Assembly: GCA_964016885.1 (NCBI GenBank)
Contig: OZ024750.1
Coordinates: 50,406,001-50,470,000, forward strand
Length of the DNA stretch: 64,000 bases
Direction of reading: 5' to 3'
Source: Eledone cirrhosa
Taxonomy: Eukaryota
The notes beneath the pieces were generated by a model. That model was not told the DNA's origin. It saw only the letters and a program-made list of their open reading frames with translations, and did not search any database. This document shows positions 41,886 to 56,990 of the stretch, one piece after another (within the stretch, counting starts at the first letter, position 1; the number at the start of each line of letters is the position of its first letter). The translations under genes were made by a program, and so were the position numbers.

Positions 41886-43400
41886 TTCTTGTTGTTGGTG
41901 TTATTGTTGTCGTTGTTGGTGTTATTGATGTTGTTGTTGGTGTTATTGATGTTGTTGTTGGTGTTATTGGTGTCGTTGTTGGTGTTATTGATGTTGTTGT
42001 TGGTGTTATTGATGTTGTTGATGGTGTTATTGATGTTGTTGTTGATGTTATTGTTGTTGTTGTTGGTGTTATTGATGTTGTTGTTGGTGTTATTGATGTT
42101 GTTGATGGTGTTATTGATGTTGTTGTTGATGTTATTGTTGTTGTTGTTGGTGTTATTGATGTTGTTGTTGGTGTTATTGATGTTGTTGTTGGTGTTATTG
42201 ATGTTGTTGGTGTTATTGATGTTGTTGATGGTGTTATTGTTGTTGTTGTTGGTGTTATAGATGTTGTTGTTGGTGTTTGTGATGTTGTTGTTGGTGTTAT
42301 TGATGTTGTTGTTGGTGTTAGTGATGTTGTTGTTGGTGTTATTGGTGTTGTTGTTGGTGTTATTGATGTTGTTGTTGGTGTTATTGGTGTCGTTGGTGTT
42401 ATTGATGTTGTTGTTGGTGTTAGCGATGTTGTTGTTGGTGTTATTGATGTTGTTGGTGTTATTGATGTTGTTGTTGGTGTTATTGATGTTGTTGGTGTTA
42501 TTGATGTTGTTGTTGGTGTTATTGATGTTGTTGTTGGTGTTATTGATGTTGTTGATGGTGTTATTGATGTTGTTGTTGGTGTTATTGATGTTGTTGTTGG
42601 TGTTATTGATGTTGTTGTTGGTGTTATTGTTGTCGTTGTTGGTGTTATTGGTGTTGTTGTTGGTGTTATTGATGTTGTTGATGGTGTTATTGTTGTTGTT
42701 GTTGGTGTTATTGATGTTGTTGTTGGTGTTATTGATGTTGTTGTTGGTGTTATTGATGTTGTTGATGGTGTTATTGTTGTTGTTGTTGGTGTTATTGATG
42801 TTGTTGTTGGTGTTATTGATGTTGTTGTTGGTGTTATTGATGTTGTTGTTGGTGTTATTGATGTTGTTGTTGGTGTTAGTGATGTTGTTGTTGGTGTTAT
42901 TGATGTTGTTGGTGTTATTGATGTTGTTGTTGGTGTTAGTGATGTTGTTGTTGGTGTTATTGATGTTGTTGGTGTTATTGATGTTGTTGTTGGTGTTATT
43001 GATGTTGTTGTTGGTGTTATTGATGTTGTTGTTGGTGTTATTGATGTTGTTGGTGTTATTGATGTTGTTGTTGGTGTTAGTGATGTTGTTGTTGGTGTTA
43101 TTGATGTTGTTGTTGATGTTATTGATGTTGTTGTTGGTGTTATTGATGTTGTTGGTGTTATTGATGTTGTTGTTGGTGTTATTGGTGTTATTGTTGGTGT
43201 TATTGATGTTGTTGTTGATGTTTGTGATGTTGTTGTTGGTATTATTGATGTTGTTGTTGGTGTTAGTGATGTTGTTGGTGTTACTTGTGTTGTTGGTGTT
43301 ATTGATGTTGTTGTTGATGTTGGTGATGTTGTTGTTGGTGTTATTTATGTTGTTGGTGTTATTGATGTTGTTGATGTTAGTGATGTTGTTGTTGGTGTTA
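41886..43400. repeat. Minisatellite, 21-bp unit GTTGTTGTTGGTGTTATTGAT with 18-bp variants (about 70 units)
   Basis: Direct reading; minus frame 43344-41839 is open as (SITPTTT)n. Confidence 0.95.
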
Positions 43401-44087
43401 GGGATGTTGTTATTGCTGCTATTGATCTTGTTGTTGATATTGTTTTTATTGTTAATCTTGTGGGTGATTTGGGGGTATGTTATTTTCTGATGTGTTGGTT
43501 ATGTTGGTATTGTTGTTTTTTTTGCTCTTCTTGGTGGTGGCGGTGGTGTTTGTGATGGTGGTGGTGGTGGTGGTGGTGTTGGTTATGGTGTTCTTGGTAT
43601 TAGCTCTGCTACACCAGACCATTCATGAAAGGCATTCTAACTGTGACCCCACTCCTCAACTCATTTATTTAGGTAAATCCACGACTGGATTTTCTATTGT
43701 AAATCTTCTCGTTTTCAAATAGGAATATGCCAGATTTTTACAATGTGTCCATCGTTGCTAATGTCCATGTAAAGTTCATGATGTTAGCTCGTACGATGAT
43801 AGGTTACATACCCTTGTTTAACTCTAGAAATTTAGAGTTACACGGATGTTATAATGTCTAATAAGTGTGGGAATATTCTAGCTGCTATTACAATCAATAT
43901 TGATTATGCCATCCATTACTCCTACCGAGTGAGTGAACATTTGGCCAAGGGCCATACTAGTTTTAATGAACCTCTGTGTTTCACTGAAACTTTATATTCC
44001 CGGCCATGAAAGGGCGAAATGCAGCATTAACGTTGATAACATTTTAAAAAGGACTTGAAGGTATACACATTAATGCAGCAACGTAAT

Positions 44088-44420
44088 TTACACAGGTGAC
44101 CCGACGATTCTGCCATTTAATTCCAACTTCAAGGGAATATTTAAGTGGTCGCTTAGCTTGCTAGATATGGCAGCAAGATATCTTACTATTAAACGATTAT
44201 CGTATTTTAAGATCCTATCGTAAAACTCATTAAATAATGTAGTCATACATGCTCTGTATCTATAAAAGACTCGGTGGAAACTTCTAGAATGATATTTCTC
44301 ATAGATCTGCTGATTCAGACCGGACCCGCATCTAAACAACTTCTCTTCCCTATCCTTGCAGTTGATACCGACAATGATAACAATTTTCCGTCCAATAATC
44401 CAAGCCAAATTATATTCCAC
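44088..44420 (-). mobile_element. Possible decayed Tc1/mariner transposase catalytic fragment
   Basis: KIVIIVGI..GLNQQIY..RILKYDN..LNIP..GSP resembles KINQQVY..FQQD..WPPxSP. Confidence 0.35.
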
Positions 44421-45683
44421 ACTGTATAATTGTGTAATATTAACGTAAATGAGGATTTTAAAACAACTTATTTTTTATTCTGTCCAGGCCTCATTTAATA
44501 TGCAACAGAGCTGTTCGAAATATTTAAGATTTACATGAAAATAATTGATATTAAATAACGATGGGAATACCACTTCCAATAATCTTTTAAAATGTATTTA
44601 TTCCTCTTAGAATTAGAAGATATTGAATCAAAACATTAATGATTATTCGACGAATACAATTTCACCACTTCGTCCAGTTTTAATTAATTCTAATAATGTC
44701 CTATATTATTTATTTCACAATATAAAATATTGAACCCAATATTTGTAGTCATGTTATGTCAGCATCTAATGGCATACAGCTGTCATGGAATTAAAAAGAT
44801 ACTTTTTCAAAATGTTGTATTGAAATAGTTCTGTCATATACTAGGGAGAACTGAATGAAAACAAATATTAATCGAACAGATAAACACGAAACAAAACTCT
44901 GTTTTATGACTTGCAATTGTGATCTCATTTTTAGAGAAAAGTGAGTTTATTGCAAGCGCATGGATTAACCCACCTAATAAAGTTTTGCAATGATAAATAC
45001 TAATTTTACGTTAGAAAATAATAATTGTATTTCAAAAACATGAATTCTACTTTGAAAAAAAGTATTATACGTTTAAAGATATGAGTTCTGATTGGACATG
45101 TTTGAGAAGGCAGACTATCTCACAGGTTACTCTTTAAAATCATGTAACCCGAGGTACAGAGGGTTTTCGAAAACACATTCCACATACTATTGTAGATCGA
45201 TCCATATTTGACATAATACGGATATTAGAATCATTTAATCATAATGATATTTCTCTGGAAATGCCATGGAAAATAATGAACTTTCACCGACCGTTCGTAG
45301 GAAGTTTTGAATGCAGATACTCAACACAAATAAACGTATTCTAAGCGATGTGAAAGGTGATATGTTAATCACTCTACTCTTTTACTCTTTTCCTTGCTCC
45401 AGACATCCGATTGAGGCCATACTGGGTCACGGCATATACGGTACAGTTATATAACTTGGGTTAAGTTGTTCACGTCACACCTATGTAGTTTCAGGTTTAA
45501 ATATTTGTGTGTGGATGCAAATGTAATAGTAAGGTTTTCATTTCTTCTTCTTCTTCTTCTTCTTCTTCTTCTTCTTCTTCTTCTTTTTTATTTTCCTTCT
45601 TCTTCTTCTTCTTCTTCTTCTTCTTCTTCTTCTTCTTCTTCTTCTTCTTCTTCTTCTTCTTCTTCTTCTTCTTCTTCTTCTTC

Positions 45684-46340
45684 GAAACCGTCCTGCACGC
45701 ACTCTTGCAGTGTCCAAGCATTGCTGATTTGTAGGTTTATGTCTCGTGTACGACGGATGCGGCTATCAGCTGAGTCCATCGTGAGGATTGCCCCGCCCTC
45801 TTCCTTTAGCCTGGAAGGGCAGGCAGTTTTCATCTGCCTGGTGGCCATGGCGAAACAGATCATGTGGTAGACGTGTTTGAAAGGGCTGAAGACGTCGTAC
45901 TTACCTCTTCGGTAATGCCTTGATTAACTTTTTCAAATTTCATTTTAAAAGAAATATCAGGATGGAGAGGGAAGTGCTCTCTACCCAGCAATTTGTTGAA
46001 TGATGAGTGAGAGAGGCAAGCATGGTTCGAATGAATGGGCCTGCTCTGAGTATGCACCTGTAAATTGAAGGTGGAAAACTGGGAGAGGCCACTTGCCCTT
46101 GTGGTCAGGGTCACCGTTCCTTTCTTAATGAGCTTTCTCCACGAGTGTCCCCTATTGGGAATTTTCCTTTGTTTCTTTTTTTTGTCATTTCTTTGTTTTT
46201 TTCTTTACACTCAGAAATGCCCATTTGTACCGTCCTCTACCGTCCTGTGCTACACTTAATGTTATTATTTATGTACTTAATGTTATACTTTATGTCAACT
46301 CTTGTGGGTAATAAAGAAAACATTATTATTATTATTATTA
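45684..46340 (+). mobile_element. Tx1/L1-like LINE 3' fragment between (TTC)n and (ATT)n
   Basis: ETVLHALLQCPSIADL, RLSAESIVRIAPPSSF..VFICLVAMAK; aataaa + ATT tail. Confidence 0.88.
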
Positions 46341-46344
46341 TCTC

Positions 46345-48100
46345 ATTTATCTTGTTCATACGAGTTATCACCAGGTCACAACCAGTGACCTAAAGAGATA
46401 ACAAGATCCGCCATATTCAAGAAAGAACACATACACACATACATGTATCTTTAGGTCTTGCGATGTACTTATATTCACAGAATCTTCCTTACTATATGGG
46501 CAGTGTCCCATTAGTACTATCTTTTGTATTTCTCCTATACGCGGTTTTCCTGAGATTTGCGATAAGTAATCATTAGACCCCTTAGGTATCATTCCTAGAG
46601 CGCCTATAACCACTGTATTTGTTTTATTTCTCAACTTCCACATTTTTCCAATTTCTATCTCCAGGTCTTTATACTTGCTTAATTTTTCAAATGTTTTTAT
46701 AGATACATTCTTGTCTATTGGAACGGACATATCAATTAGCAGGCATATCCCCTTTTTAAAGTTCTTCAGTATTATATCAGGTCTATTTGCATCTATTTTT
46801 CGATCTGTTTGGATGCTAACAAGATTGAGTTGTGATCTTTTTCAAGTACGGGAGGTGGTTGATACTCCGACCAATTCTTTTGATGGGGCAGGTCAAAATA
46901 CTTACACATTACCCAATGTATGTATTGTGCAGCTCTGTCGTGCCAGTTTAGGTATTCGGTTGGAGCTAAAGGACTGCACATTGAAATTATATGATCAATG
47001 GTCACTGGTTGTTTTTACATACTCTGCATAATGGGTTGCATCCATTTTTTATTATGTTGGCTAGATAATTTATTGGGGCAGACACTGATCTGGTGCTGAT
47101 ATAATCAGTCATTCAGTCTGTGATTTCAGTCCAGAGGATGCCAACCACTAATGGGTTAAAGTTTTGTCAACATCAGGATTGTTAGATCTTTCTAGGTATT
47201 TTCCATACAGAGGCGTTTCTTGCCATTTATTAGCCCGTTTATGTAGCAGTTCTTTCTTTGCAGTTACTTTTACCAGCTTTGCTTTTTCTGTGTTTTTAAT
47301 TTCAGCAGTAAAGATAACTTCTGAAATGTGTAGTTCATTACTATATCTTTCAGCATCTTTTATAATGGAGTATGATCGTTTCATGCATTCACGTTTCAAA
47401 ACCAGTTTGATCATCCAATTGTAGGCCTCCCTTAGATATGTAGATAATCCAATTGTTGCAGTTTTGAAAGCAATATCTAACTGGATTAATCCACGTTCTC
47501 TTTCTTTCCTAGGGAGATCTATTCTATTTGTATCTGCCTTAGGGTGATGCATTCTGTGCATGGTTAAGAATTTTCGAATTTTTGTATCGAGTCTACGGAT
47601 CTCTGTTCTTGACTAGTTGATGACATTGAAACTGTAAGTTACTACTGGTATGGCAAGCGTGTTTATGGCATCGATCCTATTCCTTGCATTCAATTCCGTT
47701 CTTAAGATTGCTCTTACTCTGCGTTAACATTCCTTCCTTATCTTTCCCTCATTGTCGCGTGCTTGATTCCGTCTCCTTCACAAACACCTAGACATTTGTA
47801 AGTTTCCTCTTGATCAAGTTCTCTTATCACATTCCCCCGATCAAGATTAATATCTGAACTTCTCAGCAACTTTCCTATGGTGAACATGGCTTTGGCGCAT
47901 TTCTTTAGTCCAAACCCCATTTTAATGTCATCACTGAACTGCTTCACAATGGATAATAGCCCTTGCATTTTCTCATCATTTTTTGCAAATAGTTTCAGGT
48001 CATCCATGTAGAACAAGAGATTAATAGTTTGTCATAGACTTTATATACGTGTTTTGTTTCATGTATCACTTTACATTATGGTATAAGTGCGATGCAGAAT
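46345..48100 (-). mobile_element. R4/Dong-like non-LTR element (RT C-half + zinc knuckle + RLE), decayed
   Basis: FYMDDLKLFAK, MHHPKADTNRI..PRKE..RGL, TIDHIISMC, KLSKYKDLEIEI..VVIGALG. Confidence 0.9.
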
Positions 48101-48136
48101 AAAAGCGGTATTATCATTGTTATTATTATTATTATT

Positions 48137-50962
48137 AGGTTTAGTAAGGCGTTAGCAATAGAGTAAAATAGAGCAGAGGGAGAACTAGTTAGAAAATTAG
48201 ACGAGGTGCTCGGTAAAGGCATCGCGACCGACGTGCTTGCGTCAAAATTGGCCCTCGACCAATTCTTCAATGCAAAGCACAAAGACTACGTTGTCAGAGC
48301 TAGGGTGCGTGCTCTCAGACATGAGGGGAAGAAAGCCGTTCGTTCAATGGGCCCGAGTGGCGGAGGCGCGTCGTGGCAGCAAAGCCACGATCTGGTTTTC
48401 GTGGACCACGACGGGAACATGCTACTCGATCCCAGGAAAATGTGTGAAGCCTTTCAGCGACACTTCGCCCAGCTATTCGGTGGCAGCGGCGAGCCGGATC
48501 GCGGGATGGACTGTAGTGCCCACGTCGACGGACTGCCGCGGCTCTCGGCCACTGAGGCGGAGTGTTGCGAAAAGTCGATAACAGCCGCTGAAGTACGGGA
48601 GGCAATGACTGTCTGACCAAGGGGTAAATCACCTGGTTTGGATGGTCTGCCCTACAAACTTTACGTACACATGCCAGACTCGTTCGGAGACTTCTTGGCG
48701 GACGTCTACTGCAACACGCAAAAGAAGGGAGAATACCCAGCTCTCTGAACCGAGGAGCGGTTGCGCTGCTTAGAATGGATCCGAACAAGGAGAATAACAT
48801 AGATAATTTCTTCCCAAAACTCTACTAAACACAGAGTTCAAGATTTTGGCCAAGGAACTGGCAAAGAGGTTGGCGCTTGTCGTTGGTGGTCTGGTGGGTG
48901 AGGTGCAGACATGCTGCCATCCCAGACAGATCCATCCACGCAAACCTCCACCTCGTGTGACACATCGTAGAGAGGGTAGCTAGGGAACCTGGGACGGGTG
49001 GGTCCTTGATAAATTTAGATCAGTCGAAAGCTTTCGATAGGGTCGACCATCGTTACCTAGCGGCAGACCTGAAGGCGGCTGGCTTTGGGCTCGTCTTCAG
49101 AGGCTGGATCGCTGCCATGCACAACCACATATGATCTGTGATGAGAGTGAACGGTCACCTTTCGGAACCGTTTAATATAATGCGCTCGGTCTGCGAAGGA
49201 TGTTGGATCTCGTCCCTGTTGTACTTATTGACTCTCGAGCCATTACTGCACAAACTGGAGACGTTTAAAGGGGTCACGCGCGAACTAAGATGCGGAAGAA
49301 CTGTGTCAGCATATGCAGACGTCGTCGAACGCCAAACACATGGAGTCGAAAGCCAAAAACATCGAGGCAATCGGCAACACAATAAGAGAATACGAGGTGG
49401 TGACAAGAGCAATGATCAACCCGGAAAAGTCACTGGGCATGCAACTCAGCACCAGGTGAAGCAGGTTGATGCCGTCCAACAGCGTCGTCGGGCACTGGAC
49501 GGACGGACCGGTTAAATTGCTAAGGGTCTGGTTCGGTCCGTACTTCCAGGCAAACAAAAACTGGGATGAGGTGACGAGCAAGGTGGCTTCTCTCTCCCAA
49601 AAATGGGCCGAGAGAAAGCTATCCCTGAAAGGTCGAGCGGAGGTTGCGAATGTGTACATTGCGTCCATCATCTACTACCGCCTGACCATCGTGCCTTGTC
49701 CTAAGCCTCGCCTGACTGCGCTGGAACGTTTGCTCTTTCGCTTTTAGTGGAAGGCAGGCGCTCCGATGGTCAGGCGGTCCATCTGCTGTCACCATCCGCT
49801 ACATAGAGGGCTGAGCATGCTGTGGCTGATGATGCGCAGACACGCGCTCAGGCTACGACATCTCCACTTCTTCCTGGATGGTGATCCGGTGTGGTCGCCG
49901 TTTGCTAGACGCGTGTTTCCCCAGCTCGTCTCATTGACGGAGCTGCAGTCCTGGGTCAAGCGAAGACCGAGAGGGAGCGCTTGGAGACTGGAATGTCTTC
50001 AGGCGCTCACGACCCACGACCAGTCGGGCAATGTGATCGGTGGAAACTCCACCTTGGCGTTCTATAGAGGATTAGTGGAGGGCAAGAGCGACGACGTACT
50101 TGGGAATCTCTAGGTGTCGACGAAAATCAACTAGCCAATGTCTTCGGAAGAACTTTCGGGCCGGGGCCTATGGACAATTTCCAGAAATCCCTGGCCTGGC
50201 AGTGCTTCCGATGAGCTTTGCCAATTCGGGGTAAACTCTGCATGCACGGAAGTGCCGTCAGCCGAGCATGTCCGAAATGAGCGCAGGGCAACGAAACCTT
50301 CCTGCATGCACTCGTCCACGACTTGCGGGTTTATGTCGAACACCTGGGTTTATGACTTGTGGGCTTATGTCGAACACCTGCTGTCGCGTGTAGAACGGAT
50401 TCGGCTACCAGCTGAGTCCATCGCGAGGATTGCCCCGCCATCTTCCTTTAGCCGGGTGGGCAGGCAGTTTTTATCTGTCTGGTGGCCATGGCGAAAGTGA
50501 GAGTATGGGGGACGCGTCTGAAAGGGCTGAAGACGAGCACTTACGTCTTCGGTGATGCCCTGATTAACTTTTTCAGATTTAATTTGAAAAAGAAAATCAT
50601 ACTAAAGAGGGAAGTGCTCTCTTCCCAGCATTTTGTTGAAAGATGGGTGAGAGAGGCAAGAATGGCCCGAGTGAATGGGCATTATCTGAGTATGTGCCTG
50701 TAAATTGAAGGTTGAAAACTGGGAGAGGGCACTTGCCCTGGTGGCCAGGGTCACCGTGGTTTTTTTAATGGTCTTTCTCCACGATGGACCTCGGAAGTCT
50801 CCCCCCTATTGGGGAATTTTTCATTGTTCTTTTTTTGTTACATCCTCTGTTTTTTGTCTTTTTACACGCAGAAATACCCATTTGTACCATACTGTATTGT
50901 CCAGTACTGTCCTTAATTTCTACTTTGTGTAAACCCTTGTGGTTAATAAAGAAAGAAAGCAC

Positions 50963-51025
<63 letters not shown>
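48137..51025 (+). mobile_element. Tx1/L1-like LINE, 5'-truncated ORF2 with many lesions
   Basis: KSPGLDGLPY, LDQSKAFDRVDH, SAYADV, KLSLKGRAEV; (ATT)n on both sides. Confidence 0.92.
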
Positions 51026-51026
<1 letters not shown>

Positions 51027-51029
51027 GGT

Positions 51030-52300
51030 CTAACCGGACGTATTTTGCTCGGTCCCAGTTAGTCGCTTTATTTGCCTGTTAAAATTATTTGTTGTTAAAT
51101 ATTTCTTGTTGTGTAAGGGCCCTTAGACATTGCCCTGTGAAGGGGAACGTATAATATTTTGATCTTATGGATTCTTTGACTTCTTAATTCAACCAAGGGA
51201 TCCTATTGCCATCTGGCGACACACCAAGCCCCTTTCGTCCGCAGAAACTGCTGAGCGTAACAATCCCCACTTTGTCTCAACATCCTCAAATTGCATATCT
51301 GTTCCTGACTACCTTATCCACCAATGCTTCTCGATTTAACCTGTAGGTCGTCCTGGACCTGCCAGTTTTGTGGGCTTCTTTGGCTTCTGGTAGTCGCACG
51401 TTGAAGATAACTAGATGGGGATCAGTAGACAGCTCAACCCCTCTCTTAATACGAACACCCAGCACAGAATTAAAGAAATCAGAGCCAATAACAAAATCAA
51501 TTATTGATTTCTGTCCCTGAGCCCCCTTATACCATGTATATTTATGGATTTCTCTGTACTGGAAGAAAGTGTTTATAATAGAGATTTCATTGCAACAACA
51601 GAAGTCTAATAAGACCTCCTGATTGGTATTTAGATTGGGGTCGCCATTCTCTCCAGTTACTCCTATCCATGTCAGGTGGTCAGTGCCAACATGTCCACTG
51701 AAGTCTGCCATCAGGATATATGACTCAGTCTTAACTACATCTAATACTGCAGTGACTTCACCAAGGAAGGACTTGTATTCAGACTCCTTGTTTGGTGCAT
51801 AAATTGCACCATCCACAGCGGCATATCTTTCAGCCAAAGCTTCAAGAGGCAAACCCTCGCTCCTAACGGTATCCAGTCCATAACACATTCTGACATCTGG
51901 GGTCTTGTGAGTATCATCATTCCCACCTGTGCAGTCATTTCTGGTACAACATCTGACTAATGTTGTTCCCCATTCTCCATCCAAATTTACAATATCAGAG
52001 TCATGGAACTTTGTGGAGGAAACCCCGACTATATCTAGCCGGTAGCAGCTACCCTCATCCTGTTCCTTACCTGTAATTGTAGTGCTGTTTCAGGTTCTAA
52101 CGGTTATGATTTTCTCCTTTACGAACACTCTTTGGGTTCTCGGGATACGCAAATTTAGTGTATCTATCCTACGCCTCCCAGGAGGTCTCGCTGGCCTATC
52201 ACTATTCTTTGCAATATGAAATGGAGACTGCGATATATTTTTCGAACAGGCACCTCTACCTAAGATGTGCACGCGTTCATTGTTAATCCACGCGAACGAG
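51030..52300 (-). mobile_element. RTE-like LINE 5' part (APE endonuclease)
   Basis: IYAPN..ILMADFSGHVG..NTFFQYREIHKYTW..SIIDFVI..STDPHLV. Confidence 0.85.
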
Positions 52301-52859
52301 GATGCGGTATGATGGTGTTTGCTTTCCTCATCATATTGCAGTTTCAGTTTCAGTGCTCTTCTTCACGCCAGTCACCATTCTGGTACTTTATCAACCCCCC
52401 GCAGACTAGGCTTCTTTAGCGGCGGCCTTTACTCGCCTCGTCGTAGCTACGTCACTGCGTTGTGAGAGTTTACTTGGGAGCTACAGGTGTCACCCATTGC
52501 TCTATCACCCCTAGTATTTTACCGCTGCAGGTTCAGGGTTGCTTATTCGTTCGCTTATATCGCAACTAGCCATCATATCTGATGGCTGTATCGCTGTCCG
52601 ATACCTGCAACCGTTCGCTGTTGAGAGTTGAGTAAAGGTCGCCTCTAAAAAGGCCTGGTCTTCGCAGGTTTGACAAAGTTTAGATTAGTGTCTGGAGTGA
52701 ATAAGACCATTGAAACTGATAGTGCAATATGATGAGGTTCTCATTTCTTATCACCAGATTCTCTGGCGCTGAAAATAGCCTCATTTCTTCCACAGACTCA
52801 AGCGTGGGAGGGCGTGTGTTTATATCACTTGCGTGAAATTTATGAACCGTCTTCTCAGA

Positions 52860-53772
52860 TGACAGATGACACCGCTTCGCTGCGGGGATAGATAGAGACT
52901 TTTTTTGTGACTCACAGGGAATTCTGCGAAGGTGGCGAGAGACCCTTGATGAACTTTTGAATAAGCTGTCTGTTGTCAATGAGGATTTCCTCAATCTAAT
53001 CCCTGAAAAACCTGTGAAAGTAGCTCTCGAAGAACCACCGTCTTTAGAGGAAGTTGCAGTAGCTGTCTCGAAGCTGAACAGTGACAGGTCTCCAGATATG
53101 GATGCCATACATGCAGAGCTCTTACAATATGGTGGCAGGGATTCTGCGACATATTCACTCTTTGTTTTGCAGAACATGCGTTAGTGAATCCGTACCTGAG
53201 GACTGGAGAGATGCGGTAACGGTAGTCTTGTACAAGGGAAAGGGTAACAAGAATGATTGTGGAAATTACAGAGGTATAGCATTGCTTTCTGTCGCAGGAG
53301 AAATTTTATGTAGGGTGCTTCTGGACCGTCTGCTGACACACAGATTGTGTTCTTCCTGGTAGTCAATCTGCTTATCGTGCTGGACGCGGCACTACTGATA
53401 TGATCTTCTCAGCTATAGAGCTTCAGAAGAAGTGCGAGGAACAGGGTTTGCATCTGTATCAGGTTTTTGTCGATCTGAAAAAAGCTTTCGATACTGTTAA
53501 CTGAAATGCATTGTGGAAAGTTCTCTAGAAACTTGGTTACCCTTATAATTTCCTTTTTTGGTTAGGTCTTTCCATGATGACATAAAGGCTTGTGTTTATG
53601 TCAGAGCGTATCTCAGTGAAAAATGAAGTGAAACTGTGGTATATTCCGGCACTGACCCTATTTGCCATATACCTTGCAATGGTTTTCTAGTTTTCTATAT
53701 TGCATTCAGGAAATACAGGCATGGTGTTTACATTTACTAACGAACCTCTCGCAGTATATTTAACATCAATCG
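52860..53772 (+). mobile_element. RTE (BovB-like) LINE, RT N-half
   Basis: PPSLEEV..SPDMDAIHAELLQYGG, WRDAV..LYKGKG..CGNYRGIALLS, FVDLKKAFDTVN. Confidence 0.88.
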
Positions 53773-53972
53773 TTTATATATATATATATATAAACGATTT
53801 GTGTAATATCACCATCTTTCTTAATGTCATTCTTATGTATATATATATATATATATGGTAACTGCCCCCTCGTTATGGAGTATGGCCATTGCACAATTAA
53901 AATAAATACACGCATACACAGGCACGCGCGCGCACACCCGCACACACAAGCACGCACACACAGACACACACA

Positions 53973-54026
<54 letters not shown>

Positions 54027-54027
<1 letters not shown>

Positions 54028-54664
54028 TAATAATTGTCAGTGCTGGGATCATAAAAGAGTTGTTTTGGCATCCTAGAATTCTTCATCCTGGCAAGGTGAC
54101 CACTCCATAGCTGTCTTTGCTTAAGCATCAGAACTTCTATATTCTCACTCAGAGAGCTTTCCAAAATCTCGACATCACAGATGTGGTCCCTGCAGTAAAT
54201 GCCATGGTTCTGTCTGAGACACATCTGATGGAAACGTTCCAACTGTTTAAGGTGGTGTCGATATGTGACCCAGGTCTTGCAGACAAAAAGAAGAAAAGAA
54301 ACACATAAGCCTTGTACACCTTTACAAAGGTCTTCTTGCATATTTCTCGCCGACACCAGAGGCGCCTTTCTAGCTTTCCGAAAGCATCACTTGCTTTCCT
54401 AATCGTGTGTGGAATTTCATTATCTAGATTGCTGTATCGATTGACAGTGCTTCCCAGGTAGAAAAACTGATCAAACACTCAAAGTCGTTTAACACACACA
54501 TATATATTTGGTTCACTGTACTGCTTACTAGGCGCAGGTTGGTACATGACGACAGTGTTCTTGAGACTGACAGTCAATGCTAGGGCAGTGCAAACATCAG
54601 AAAATGCATTGAAAAGGTGCTGTATATCAATTTATGTGTGCGCTACAAGATCGCAGTCATCATA

Positions 54665-54665
<1 letters not shown>
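54027..54665 (-). mobile_element. RTE (BovB-like) LINE, RT C-half, inverted relative to 52860-53772
   Basis: DDCDLVAH, FFYLGSTV..KASDAFGKLERRLW, LERFHQMCLR..WSGHLARMKNSRMPKQLFY. Confidence 0.88.
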
Positions 54666-56180
<1,515 letters not shown>

Positions 56181-56184
56181 TTAT

Positions 56185-56259
<75 letters not shown>

Positions 56260-56761
56260 GGGGAGAGAGAGAGAGAGAGAGAGAGCACGTGGAATTTAAT
56301 GTAGCGTTATTACATTGGATGTAGATACGGCACTCAATACTCAGCTTTCAAATCCCGCCGTTTTTATAGGTTTCTGTCTGTGAGCATGTCTGTTATAACT
56401 GTGAAGCTACGCCATTCGCTGGAATGACGGAGATATTGAGCCTAAAGTCTATTACTTAAGCTTCGGTTTTCTCCATAATCTTCCGCCAACCAACATGGAA
56501 AGAACATATATAAATGTTCTGTAAGACTTCCTAAGAATACACAAGTAATATAGAAGAGGAACAAACAAACACGTGCACAAGAACTGGACATGGGTCGTGA
56601 TCGGGGGAATGGTGTCGACTGTGTAATTTACGAATGCTTCTGTTTGTGATTGTGTTTGGTTTCATCTGGATACTTTTAAATACATGTTACGGTATTAGTT
56701 ACAAACACATCCATACACGTAAATCAATATTGTTATAATAATTATTATTATTGTTGTTGTT

Positions 56762-56990
56762 AATGGGCAGCATCGGTAGTGCGTCGCACAACATGCATTG
56801 CGGCACAGAGTTACAGCACTTTACGTCCTGTGTTCAAATCCCGCTGGGGTTAGCTTTGCCTTTTCATCTATACGGGATAATTAAAGTACCGCACTGGGGT
56901 CGATTTAATCGACTTTCCCCTCCCCCAAAATGGCTGGCCTTGTGCCTGTATAAGGAACAATTATTATTATTATTATTATTATTATTATTG
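56762..56990 (+). mobile_element. SINE family 1 with (ATT)n tail
   Basis: Same body, diverged. Confidence 0.8.

Noticed and set aside
41886-43400. CRISPR-like regular repeat
   Set aside because: No unique spacers, eukaryotic context, no cas genes
41852-43555. 567-aa Val-rich and 409-aa Leu-rich plus-strand ORFs
   Set aside because: Alternative frames of the minisatellite; implausible composition, no domain
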